64,000 nt of DNA from positions 620,001 through 684,000 of the forward strand of contig CM022674.1 in the NCBI GenBank assembly GCA_012295275.1, in the 5' to 3' direction. The notes below the pieces were generated by a model. It was given only the letters and a program-made list of their open reading frames with translations. It was not told where the DNA came from and did not search any database. This document shows, in pieces, positions 35,384-51,575 of this stretch (positions within the stretch are counted from its first letter, which is position 1; each line of letters opens with the position of its first letter). This DNA comes from Chrysomallon squamiferum (taxonomy: Eukaryota; Animalia; Mollusca). Both the position numbers and the translations under genes were made by a program.

Positions 35384-37652
35384 TTAAGTTCCAATTTTTT
35401 CGATTTCGTCAGTATCTTCAGCATCCAGTTTGACTATCTTCTTACCTGAAAATATATCAGTTACAAATAATAATAACAACAACAACAATAATAATAAAAC
35501 AATATTAATACTAATAACAATAAATAACATTAATAATAATAATAACAATAACAAAAAAATAAAATAAAAAAAATAAAATTAAAAATAAAAATTAAAATTG
35601 ACAAAAAAATTAAAATTAAAATAAAATTAAAAATAAAATTAGAAATAACATTAAGAATTAGAAATAGAAAAAATGAAACAAAAATAAAAACGAAAATAAA
35701 ATTGAATATACAATCAGTCAAAACAACAACAAAATTAAGAATATACAATCAGTCATCACTATGGGAGGATCTCTGAACAGATCTACCCTGAAACAACTGT
35801 CATGCATACACCGACTCAAATTTACCCATCCACACAAAATCACTACTGTCTGTCTGTCTGACACTCTCTCTTTCCCTCACTCTAACACTACCTCTCCCTT
35901 TCTTTCTGTTTTCCACCCCCTTCCCTCTATCTCTCTGTCACAGTCACACACACTAATAAACTTTATTCACCTACATCACACAGACATGGTTTTTAACATT
36001 TACTAAAAAATCAATTACCAAAGTGTCTTTCTATTGATCTCAGTATGTCCATCGACCGGGTATCGTCCACCAAGTTGATGGCTAATCCGGACTTTCCGAA
36101 TCGTCCAGTTCGACCGATCCGATGCAAATACGTCTCATGATCAGGCTGACCATCAACTGTGACAGGCATGTCAAAGTTCACTACCACGGTAACCGTTTCA
36201 ACATCAATACCTGGAATGGAAGCGAATATTTTCTGCTACATAGTTGAAATAACAGTTTGTTATATAACGACTGAGGGTATCATCAATAATTTTTTTAATG
36301 TGAACTGTGTAAACCTTAGCAGTTAGTATCTGCCAGCCAATTGATCTAAAGGAAAGGGATAAGATTTTTTATTATTATTTTTTTTTTTTAAATTATTTTG
36401 TGATGCATTGGTATTTTTAGATAAATGTCATATGATAATGGGAGATGATTTGTAAATTTTAATTTAAAAACAGATTACAACAACATTTAATAATAAAATC
36501 TAAAGATTATAATAACATCTAATAAACATTAATAATTAACTGAAAACAATAACGCATTAATAATAACAGAAGTTGTAGTAGCAGTAAACGTGAAATTAAT
36601 GTCTCTCTTTGTTTATTACACAAATATCTATGTAAACACATTGGTGGTGATGAGAACTTTTCTTTTTGAAAGGAATGTTTTGATTATAAATCCCTTTGTT
36701 CTATAGACAGCTCCCCACTCAGAATCCAGATCAGCATGACCCTCTTTGGTCATGTTCTCTGCCAGCCAGGAAGCATTCCTCCTTGTCTGCAAGAGCACCA
36801 GCAGTGTCATTAGAAATGTGGTCTCGTGAAATTAATGTCGGTTTTGTTTATTGTTGAGAATATCAATGTAAACACACAATGAATCTATTTGAAAAAATTT
36901 CTGATATAAATCATAAAGTTAATATCATCTTATGATATATCATGCAACCTACTTTTATTATTAAAAATAACTTAATGTGTTTGTTATCAAAAACATTTAT
37001 TGATAATATGCAGATATTTTTAATTGACTAACTACTAATAATTAATACAATCATTAAATGGATGTTGTTTCTTTCATTTATGTTCTATTGCTAAACTAGT
37101 ATCAATTCTTCTGTTCATACGTGTCCACTGACATCAATCTTAAAGTCCACTGTCTACTACCCACAGAACAACTCATCCACTATCCCAAAATTCAATCCAT
37201 ACACTATCCCAAAATTCAATCCATCTACTAACCCAAAATTCAATCCATCTACTAACCCAAAATTCAATCCATCTACTAACCCAAAATTCAATCCATCCAC
37301 TACCAACAAAGTCCAGCATCCACACAAATCTTATTCATCCATTCACCAAACAAATCTCACCTGACAAAATATCATCGACTGGCCTATGGAGATGCTGCCG
37401 TAGATGTTGGACAGCGCCTGGAACTTGTCCTCCACGCTGTGACACTCGATGTAGTACTGTCTGATGTTGTCGAGGCTCTCCTCCTCTCGACGCAGGCGAA
37501 TCACCACGGGGTTGTTGGGGATGACGTTCTTCGCAAACTTCATCACCTCCTGGTCATACGTAGCAGAGAAAAGTAAGAGCTGACAGTCCGGCGAAAGATT
37601 CCTGTGATTAAACAGTGATAACAGTAACAGTAGTAATCATAGTAATAATAAC

Positions 37653-37727
<75 letters not shown>

Positions 37728-38719
37728 AATAATAATAATAATAAAAATAATAATAATAATAAAATAATAATAATAATTAAAAATAGTAATAGATAATGAT
37801 GATGATGATTGTAGTTAATAATAATAATTAATAGTGATGATGATGATGAAACGATAATAGTAGTAGTAGTAGTATTATTATTATTGGTGGTTAATAATAC
37901 TAATAAACATAGTGGAAGTAGTAGTAGTAATAGCTTTAGGTAGTAGTGACAGCTTTAGTAATACTAGCTGTCATAGTATTTCTTGTAATACTAGTTGTTA
38001 TGGTAGTAGTAATAGTATTAAAGTGGTTATAATAGTAATAATTAGAATAGTAGTACAGCAGTAATAACAGTATTTAGTGCAGTAATAGCTTTAATGGTAA
38101 TAGTAGCAGAAATAGTGATCATAAAAATAACGATAATAAAGACAAAAAAGCAGAAATTCTTTTTTTTTTTTTTAAAGAATATGACAAAAATATCAACATT
38201 ATATGTGATTCATTATTCATTTGATAGCTTGCACATACTAATATTTGTCACATGATTTTTGTACAAAGATAATTTTGTAAAAAAAAAGGCCCATGTATTA
38301 CTTTTACCAAATTAGCAGTAAGCGTTCTTTTGTTAGCCCCTTCTCTTTCACAGTAAAATTAGAAAGATGTTACCCACAACCTTTGCAAAAAATCATTATT
38401 TTGATAAATTAATTAACATCAAATTTCAAAAACAGGAACAAACAAAATATGAAAATAAAATATAGTGAAATTTTTTTTTTTTAAATTATGGAAATAAATA
38501 AAAAAATAAAAATTTTTTTTTTTTTAAATTCTCACCGCTTTATTCTCAGAGACTGATCTTGGTGACCTTGGGTTGCTATCATGACATCAGCTTCATCAAG
38601 GACAAAAACCTTGACCTTTTTCAGGTCAATGGCCTTCATTTTGATTGCCCAGTCCATCAGAGTTCCTGGTGTCCCTATCACAATCTGATAATCAACTTTC
38701 TGGTTCTTCTGAACTGAAA

Positions 38720-38770
<51 letters not shown>

Positions 38771-40159
38771 AAGAATCAATGAAGTAAAGAATGAATGAAC
38801 AAATGAATGAATGAAAAATTAAATAAATTACACAGGTAAGAAAATAAGAAAGAAACAAATATTATTCACGTATATTATGATGAAATTAGAATATGCTATA
38901 CTATTAAGTTAGTACCTGTAACATGGGAATAATAAGCATTAACAAACATTAATATTTCAACTACTATTAAGACTATGACAACTACTAATATTTTATTACT
39001 AGTACTACCACCTGTATTACTATTATTATTACTACTACTACTACTATTACTATTAAGAAGAAGAAAATAGAAACAGACATCAAACTTAAATTTTATATGT
39101 TAAATATCAATAATTATTGCTTAACAGCTAATATTTGTATTGTTCATTTTACGTTTTTGTTTATAAATAATACACAACCACTGTAGTATTTTTATCATAC
39201 CCTAATTTTGGGGCTTAAAGTATAAACGTAAAGGGGAATAACCCATGTTAAGAATGTGATCATGATTTATTTTGTTTCTTTAACAAATTACCTCGCTCTC
39301 CTCGAACAGCATATCCGATTTTACAGTTAGGAATAAACTTGGCCATCTCCCTGGTAACATCACCAATCTGCAGAGCAAGCTCGTAAGTAGGTGCAAGACA
39401 AAGGCACTGGAAAAAATAATTTAAAAAACACAAATAAATATAAAGTATCATAATATATATATATGTAATGCAAGACACTACAAAATAATAATATGGTGTG
39501 GTGCAGTGTACTATAGTTTAGTGTCGTGTCGTGTCGTGTCATGTCCTATAGTGTAGTGTAGTGAATGTACAACAGAGCAAAAAATTAATATATGATAAAA
39601 TATACATTATACAGTAGAATATAACATAGCATAACACAACACAATATCATAAATATAATAAAATATAAAATTATACGAAAAAACGTAACATAAAATAACA
39701 TAAGCATAGCACAGTTTCAAAGTTTAGTAAACTAAATTAAATGGAACGAAGAACAAAACAAGTGACCCAGCATATCAAACCAAATGTTAAGAAGCATTTT
39801 GGCTGATTTGTGAACATTTTCTGACATAACAAGCTGTATCTCGTTTATCCCCGAATCATGTTAACTTTGTACATTCAGACAAACTGGAGCAGTGTTTCTT
39901 ACAAACAAGAATGTTCATACAAATTTATCTAAAACGCACATCAAGATTAATATAAGTCAGTTTTGTCACTGGTGTCAAAGAAATGAAGTATTAATAAACC
40001 CATGTTTAACAAAATATCAAAATCAAACAGTCACTACACTTTCACTGGTTACCTGTGTGTAATTTTTTGACATGTCTGCTCTGCTCAACATGGTAAGAAC
40101 AAATGCTGCAGTTTTTCCCGTTCCACTTTGGCTCTGAGCTATCATGTTTACAGGTCTGT

Positions 40160-40196
<37 letters not shown>

Positions 40197-40537
40197 AAAT
40201 ATTTAATCAAAAAGAACATAAATTATTATTTTTTTTTTTTTTTTAAATTAAAACAACTGTTGTGGGGGGGTTGTTGTTGATTTGTCTTCTTTAATTTTTT
40301 TTGTTTTAGGGGAGGGTGTTTTTTTTTAAAAGTAAAATCAGATATGCATAGTATTGATAATAAAAAAAGATCAAAAATATTATTATAAAAATTGTTATGA
40401 AAGCTTTTCATTATAAATAATAAACTAAATTTCAAAACTTTTATACACACACATATGAAACTTAAGAAGTTTAATTTACTCTTATTTAGCATAGTTGTAA
40501 AGTATTTTCTTTAAAATAATATTGACAGTAAAGACGA

Positions 40538-40568
<31 letters not shown>

Positions 40569-43459
40569 AAGAAGAAAATTAAATAATCTAAGAAGAAAAA
40601 ACAAACATACGGATCTGCTAGTAAAGTAGGCAGAGCTGTTTCTTGTATTTTTGAAGGTGCGTTGAAACCCATTCCATAAACACCCTTCAGCAGGTCAGGA
40701 TGTCTGTCAATAATAATAATAAAAATGATGAAGATGACAATAACTATAATGATGATGATGATGATAATGAGAATGATGATAATAATGATAATGATAATGA
40801 TAATGACAACAATAACAATAAAAACATACACACACACAACATAGAAGAAAACAAATCTTTAAATGTGTTAAAAAAAAACCTGTTACCACTTAATATTTTG
40901 TATCCTCTGTTATTTGTATCTGGTTTGACTAACCTATTATCACTGAAAACAATGTATGACACTTACACACTTTATAAAGCATCTGATTGCCACCATTTAT
41001 CATAATTGTGACATGGTGGATTGAAAACGGTATTTTTTCTAACAAGAATCAGATTTGGAAGACATCTATCCTGAATGGAATGATACTGTAACTACAGAAG
41101 AAAGATGTTGGCAGGATATTTTTAAACTGTATTCTTTTGTTGTTACGCTTGGTTATTAATCCAGACTGGATAGTAAAAATTTAAATAAATAAATAAATTT
41201 AAAAAGACAAATAAAAGGATTAGATAATACTTTTGAAGTATGTAGAATTACATTTTCTACATTTCTTTAAATCACCAAAGGGGACACTTTCATTCCATTA
41301 TTAAGATTCTTTCTATGAATGAATTTTCTCAAGTCTTTAAATATCGTTATTATATCTGTTATGTAATTCATATTATGTACATCAAGAAATTCTATTTTCA
41401 TTTTACACTCTTGAGTGATAACACGGTTTGTAAAAGTAAATGCATAAACTGATTCAAATAATTCCTTTTTTTGTTTTTCTTTTTAAAGAATAACTTACAA
41501 GTTCAGTGCCTCAAAAGATTTCACAGAATACAGGGGTGAGTTTGGGTCTTTTCTGAGAATTTCAATGTCTGTCGTCCCGGTAACCAGTTTAGATCGAAGC
41601 AGTTTTCTAAGAAGAGAATTTTCTTCTGCTGTTGTTTCTGAATAATAAAAAAAAAAAATGAAAAAAATAAAAATTACAAACCAAACAATGTCTGCATACA
41701 TGCTATTAATATATCTGAATTTTCTTCTTCTTCTCTCATTCTTCTCTCTCTCACAAAACAACTATGCCCAACTATATCAAAGGATATTTAAACTGATTAC
41801 AGATCTTAAAGCGTCAAACAAAAATGCCAATTTCTTTCGACAAATTAGATTTATTTACAGAGATGCAACAATACAATTACACACTTTATATAAATTAACC
41901 ATTAACATGCCAGTATTTCATCTTTTCACCAAATGTTGAAGATGGAAGCATCAAATTGAAGCATCATTGTTCTCTCAATATATAACTAACTTAAATCATA
42001 AAGCTTTTATTTGTTTACAAAAATGTCATTCCACTTATTTAATAATTGTCCTGTTCACATCACTGAAACAAAATAAAAGGCATGGTGCTATAAACTATCT
42101 TCATGTCTCAAACTTTTAACAATAAAAAACTAAAAAATATATATTAAAAAAAATGACAATTTGGCTAACATTATAATATTAAATATATTAGTGTACATAC
42201 TTCTTTATATGAAGGAAGAATGTTTTTAAAATCCACTGAAAATACATAGCAGTTCAGAAACTTACCCGACTATTTCTGAATATACAAATATTATTTTAGT
42301 TCAGTAAATGGAAAACATATTTTATAAGTGGAGAATTAATCCCTCCCCACTATTAAATTCAACCAAACATGAAAGTCTTGGCAAACAATCCAGTACAAAC
42401 ATGATACACTGTCCCATCTACCATCTTGTCAAACTTCAGTAAATGTGTCATGAATTTTCTGACAGATAAAGTTTAAAACAACCATTTTGCTCAAACATAA
42501 CAACATACATACATCCAAACTCTGAAAATAAATATGTTTTGAAGTTACAGAATTTGGAACAAACGAACATACATTCGTAACATTGTTTCTAACTATTTTT
42601 CTAGCTAACATACTTTCTTTCATTTTCCTTTCTTTTTGAAAATAATAAAATACCTTTTTCTTCATCGATGTCACCCTGGCCACTTCCCACTGCATCGTGC
42701 CAGTTCTGTTCAGATGGTGGTGCTGCTGCTGCACCTGCTGTTGCAGTTGTTGCTGCTGCAGCTGCTGAAGCTGTCCCTGACAAAATTGGTCTCTTGTGTT
42801 GAATGGAATCACTGTCTCCACCTGCTGATGTTGGACTGGCAGTGTTTGCAGTGGCAAACCCTGTAGCTGATGTTGCTGTTGTTGTTGTTTTTGGCCGGAC
42901 AATGTTCAGATTATCAACCTTTTTTAACAATATTAATAACAGATCAAAAAATATTTTAAAATATAAAATAAAATAAAAAATAAAAATAAAAATATGGATT
43001 TGGTCAATTTAAAAGTAGCCCTACATGACTTATTTTATTGTACATTTTATTTAATTTTTGAAGGATTTATCTCTTTATTTAATTATTTATTCTTACAATG
43101 GCTGTTACAATTGCATGGCTGTCTTTATAAAAGTTGTCTTCATTATATAAGGAAACATTTGGCTGATTCGACTTTTGACAAACAAAAATCGGCTTTTTCA
43201 GTTTTACTTGACATTTTTGCACCTGTAAAACTAACAACTGTAGCAAAATACTGAGTAAACTACAAAGCCTCTGATAACAATTAAACAAAGCCCTTGTCAG
43301 TGCCAAAACTGCATGAGTTAACTGGTTACCTATATTAGTATATAATTATTATTATTAATTTCTGCTTGAAGTTTTGAACTTAAACTAACACTAAAAGAAA
43401 ATTACCTGAGAAGCTAAAGCTTGCTCCTGGCTGTCAACTAGGGATCCCCAATCTGACAT
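35384..43459 (-). CDS. DDX19: ATP-dependent DEAD-box RNA helicase DDX19/DBP5 (mRNA export); exon 9 corrupted in this sequence
   Basis: Eleven coding exons: 43459-43406, 42918-42654, 41637-41499, 40703-40611, 40155-40053, 39406-39292, 38713-38536, 37601-37361, 36786-~36628, 36210-36019, 35445-35384. Motifs [64 protein letters not shown]. Confidence 0.95.
37176..37305. repeat. ~24-bp tandem repeat (~5 copies) in a DDX19 intron
   Basis: Unit cccaaaattcaatccatctactaa. Confidence 0.85.
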
Positions 43460-45000
43460 GGTTTTTGTTGCTCAGTTTAAAACGTTTAAATAATCTCTTA
43501 GTCTATAAATCTGCAACTTTAATTTAAAGGTTATTACAACAGTGGAAAACAACAATATTCTTACAACCTAATTATATGGGCTAACTAAAACATACTGCGC
43601 CGTGTAGAACAATTGGCACAGGAATAATAGTTTACTGAAGAATGAAAATAGATTGAATGAATCGAAAATGACGAAGATTCGGAAGAATAAACATACTCAA
43701 GTTATTGGTTGCAGCACGATTCGTACTTTGAACTTTCTAGAATTAAAGAATCTAACATGTACCACTATAATTCTCTTAGGTATAATTAAACGAATTAACT
43801 ACTAACATAAAATAAAAATAAAGTTTAAATAAGGAAAGCAAAACTATGATCTTACTCATGAACCAAACACGCTTGATAAATTATTAACTGGTACTTATCC
43901 ATCACTTAAATTATGGTTATTTTCCTACGAGGATTTCAAGGCCTATGACAGTATATGAAATATCAGTCTACCTAATTTGTTGTTATTTGTAATATTGGAA
44001 CCCATTTTTAAAACGCATTAATATAGGTAGCAATGTAAAGTAAGAATAATATAATTAAGGCAACTGCTTAAATAAGTGTTAAAATTAATAAAGAATTTAG
44101 AAGAAATTAGTTCATTTCTGTTTTATTCAAAACTAATCAACTTCTGAAATATTTTTGCGGTGGTTCTAAAATGCGGAAGAAAGTTCTCTATGGCGGAAGA
44201 ACGTCGCTTTAGGAAAGAATCTGTTTAATATTACTCTGTCCAGATTTATGACTTTTATAACACTTAAGAGACATCGGGTGACGAGATATATGATTATATA
44301 GCCAATGTGAATAGGAATGTACTGTCTATTTGAATTGGTATTGTTGACATCTAATCTATCTCTTAAATGTGTGCTTGTTTATATTGTGTAATCTGGCCAT
44401 TTTTGGTGGTATTAATAAAATTAGCTAAAAAATGTATTTTGTATACTCTTTTTTTGGTATCATAACATCTTTATCATAATCAGGATTATTATTATTATTA
44501 TTATTATTATGATTATTATTATTATTATTTATTTGTGATTAATGTTTGTAAATAATAAAGTCTGACAATAAAATAAACCCTGTTGGGGAAATATACTACC
44601 ACTCTTTTCTCACTTTGTTATATATTTTATATTCATAGATGCATGGTTCGCTAAAACTATGGTAATAATTAATTATATAGTTTTAATAATTTATAATCTG
44701 AATTTTAATCTCTTCAATTCGTGTTTAGCTGTTAAATAAACGGTACTGAATATAGATATATTTGTTTGTTGCTTTATTACCAAATTAAATTAAATTAAAT
44801 TAAATTAAATTAAATTAAATTAAACTAAATAAAAATTTTTAAAAGATACTGAAGCAGTTGAAATGTTTCAGAAACAAATTCCCTGCAAATCTAACAATGA
44901 CATTTCTCATTTTCACTGACTTTGTTGTTCGCACGACAACCGTACATTTAGTCACCAGAAATCTGCGATTCTTCATAAGAGAACCAGTTTAGACCACGTG

Positions 45001-45012
45001 CCTTCCTTTCTC
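45001..45012 (+). promoter_or_regulatory. Polypyrimidine initiator (TCT / 5'TOP-like) of RPL22
   Basis: ccttcctttctc lies 27 nt before the ATG; this motif is typical of animal ribosomal protein genes. Confidence 0.7.
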
Positions 45013-45027
45013 ACGCTGTCCGCCATC

Positions 45028-48120
<3,093 letters not shown>

Positions 48121-51100
48121 AAAACTGACTGACTTTGGTTACAGTTCACATCCAATAAATGGTGTATCTGGACAAATGCATCTTTGTTTTTTTCTAATAT
48201 AATCGTCATTTATTTTTAAATTTAAAAAAAAAAAAAAAAAAAATTTCCCCGAAAATACTAAAATAAAATTTTCGTAATATCTATGAATGTATTTTAGAAA
48301 TGACAGATACGCAAGTCAGAGTTGAGGATGCCAGGGGTGCACAGATTGTGTGAATGGCAGTTTTGTTCACACAAGAATTGGATGAAATTCTCTTTAGGCA
48401 ATCCATCTTCTAGTTATACTAAGTTGGTGCAGTGCTGAATGATATTTTGCTTGTCACTGAAAATAACTGCAATTCGCTACATCAACAATGTTTGTCTCTA
48501 TGCAACATTCTTACCTTTTTACATGCAGTGAAGGTGTATCAATAATGACTGATAATAATAGCAATAATACTAAAATCATGATAAATATATTTTTAAAAAA
48601 AACAGACACGTTTAAAATTCATTACAGTGATATATCGTCTTGTATTGGTTTCTAAAATTTTCGAATGCATTTAATTTTTTTGATTTCCAGGTTTCTTGAA
48701 TTGATCCTTTTGGAGTTGTGTGTCAATTCCTGCTTTATTATTCTTGTATATTTAAAATACACTTCCATAAGGCTGAATTAATAAAACTATTAATTATTAA
48801 GTATTTATTAGCTACTTAAGTTGTAAATAATTGTGAAATACACTATAACAGTGGTCTTAAAAAATACAACCTGAAAATTAATATTTTTTGTAGTAGATGT
48901 ACATTATCAGATTTCTCTTTATACAAATGGGTTTCGGAACAAGATTCATGTATTACGCAATAGGTGAAACTGTGATGTTATTGATTTGAATATTAATATA
49001 TGCATGTAAGTTCAAAATATGTCTCTTTATTATGTGGTTTGAGACCTGGAAAATTAACTTACAAAAGATGTACATACCCTGACTAACCATATGGACCAAG
49101 CTTATTCAGCATACCTATGATGATGCAGTATGCCACTTGGCTAAGTGTTCGAACAGTTGTTTTCACTGATTAATATAAAGTGATCAGGTTTTCAGAGCTA
49201 ACTGGTGTAGCTACATGCTCACTGACCAAGCTGGTTGGAACGGTCAAAGCATGAAATATACATGGATGTATCTGGAAATGCTATGACATTAGTGTTAGAG
49301 AGCTGGTTTGTATGGACAGTTCTAAGAGCTGCCAGGAAACTTCATGTGCTGCAGAATTACATTCAAGAACTGAAGTTGAACAAGAGAAAAATAAGTTTTG
49401 CTGCCAACAGCAAGGAATCGTCAAAGTGCACATTACAACAGATAGGGGAAAGAATATGTTCAGATATTCAAATAATTCATAAATTTGACTGTAAATGTAA
49501 TGCAGCATGGCATTTTTTTGGTGGTTTCTTTTGTAGCATAGTTTATGTATAATTTTTTTTTTTTAATTGACTTAATAAATATTTTATAATTAAAAGACAA
49601 ACAAAACAAAAAACAAATAATGTTTTATTACCATCAGTACAACAGAAACACTGAAAAAAAAGTTAACATACATTTAAAAAAATAGTGTAAGAGTTAACAT
49701 AAAAATATAGTTATCCCTTGGTGTGTTGATAAGGTCCAAACAAGCCTTTATGTAATATAACAAATATAGAAATTTTAAAACAAAATTGCATATAAAAAGA
49801 TGCATATATATATAATTTGTATATTATTCGGTAAAATGTTAACATACAGTAACCACATTTAAAAGGTTTAAAAAAATATTTGCACCAAATATTAATAAAA
49901 TAAGCTCATTTTGGTAAGAATTTCAAAAACAATATTTATTCTTTATCTGAAAATTAAACTGTTCAAGAAGCTAGTGCTGGATATATTAAAATTAAAATGC
50001 AATAGAGAATTCTTTATATCTTTGCCTTTTTTTACAGATTAAAATGTGAAATGAACAAACTGCTGCTAGTTTTTCCAAAAATAAACTTTGAATCTCTGAT
50101 GGTTGTGAAACAGAACAAGTTTCTCCTTAACTAGTGCTATTTTCTACAAGTGTACAGTTTAAACACTTAACTGAACATTCTGTTAAGAACTAATTCAGTG
50201 AATGAAAATTCTTCCTAAAATGTACATACACGAAGACTGATTCACCAAAGCTAGTCTACATATTTATTTATTTATTTATTTAGTATAATAAATTCTGCAA
50301 TAAAGATATGTTTAATATTTCTGCCTTCTTACTGTTAAAATATTTGAGATATTTTACCAATAAGAGTAAATAAAAAAAACTTAAAATTTCAAGAACTGCT
50401 TATTTTAAGATAATACACAAACAAAGTCAAATGCAACATCAGTTAAATCAAAATATCTGGTTCAACTTGAATAAATTCCGTATTTAAAAGATTACCAGTG
50501 AAATTATTAGATATTAAAATTCAATTTTATTAACAAGTGGTTCATTATTTAAAAAAAAAAACGAAAAAGAAGAAGAAAATGAGATTTCAATGAATGTTGC
50601 GGATATTTGAAGTAATTAAACTGAAAATTGATGTTATGAATATTATACAGCTCATTAATAGGAAAAAAATATAGGAATAAAATTTGTGCATTTCTCTTTT
50701 TTAAAGAGAATACAGTTTTTACAGACAACAATATTGTAACACAGATCTGTAAAACCATTTTATACGAGCTGTGATGTCATGGTTTATAATCACCTAACTG
50801 GAATGGTTAAGGAAGTGTCCCCATTTGAAATTAGTCATGCCCATGTTAAAAATAAATCTTATTCAGGAGATCGTGAACATCTTTAAAAAAAAATAAAAAA
50901 ATAAAAAAAATAAACCTATCTAAGTTAGATTTATTAATAATTAAGTAATTAAAAAAACTTTCAAAAAATTATAACTAAAATAAATAGACTGCTTTACCTG
51001 TTGATGTTACTGTAGTAATTTTCTGTAGGTAACACTCACTTAAAATAAATTTAAGTAAATTCAACTACATGTGATATGAATTTAAATTTTTACAAAAGTA

Positions 51101-51575
51101 GAATTTGCGTAGTTTCAAAAAGAAATTTTATAATTAATATTACCATGTGAATGTTTATTTTTAAAAATTCAAATCACAGTCTTTACTAACAATAAAGGAT
51201 AGGATCAAGATTACTGCAAGGAGGCTGCCAGAAAACATGAAACAGTAAATCACTGCTGGAAGAATACCTCTGAATTTGATTTTTGATATGAAGTCATATA
51301 AAGTAACAGGAAATAGCAGTCTCACAATATTATTTATTTCCTTTATTGTTAGCAATAATTGGAATGTGCTTTTTAGGTATTATTATTATTATTATTTGAG
51401 ACATATGACATGCACCAATAAATATTCAAGTAATATACCCAGTAACAGAAAACAGATTTACAAAATATTTTCCCAAAGCTTTACAGAAACAAACTAGCAC
51501 AAATGATATTCATACACCTTCATTACAAAACAGAATGTAAAATTAAAAGTTATTGCTGCATATGAAGTTGGAACT

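Noticed and set aside
49118-49226. C/D-box snoRNA-like arrangement (ATGATGA...CTGA...GTGATCA...CTGA)
   Set aside because: There is no terminal stem, it is not in an identified intron, and I recognise no rRNA-complementary guide.
48300-49552. Moderately GC-rich stretch with a 105-aa ORF between RPL22 and GALK1
   Set aside because: No recognisable domain or splice structure; possibly decayed transposon sequence.
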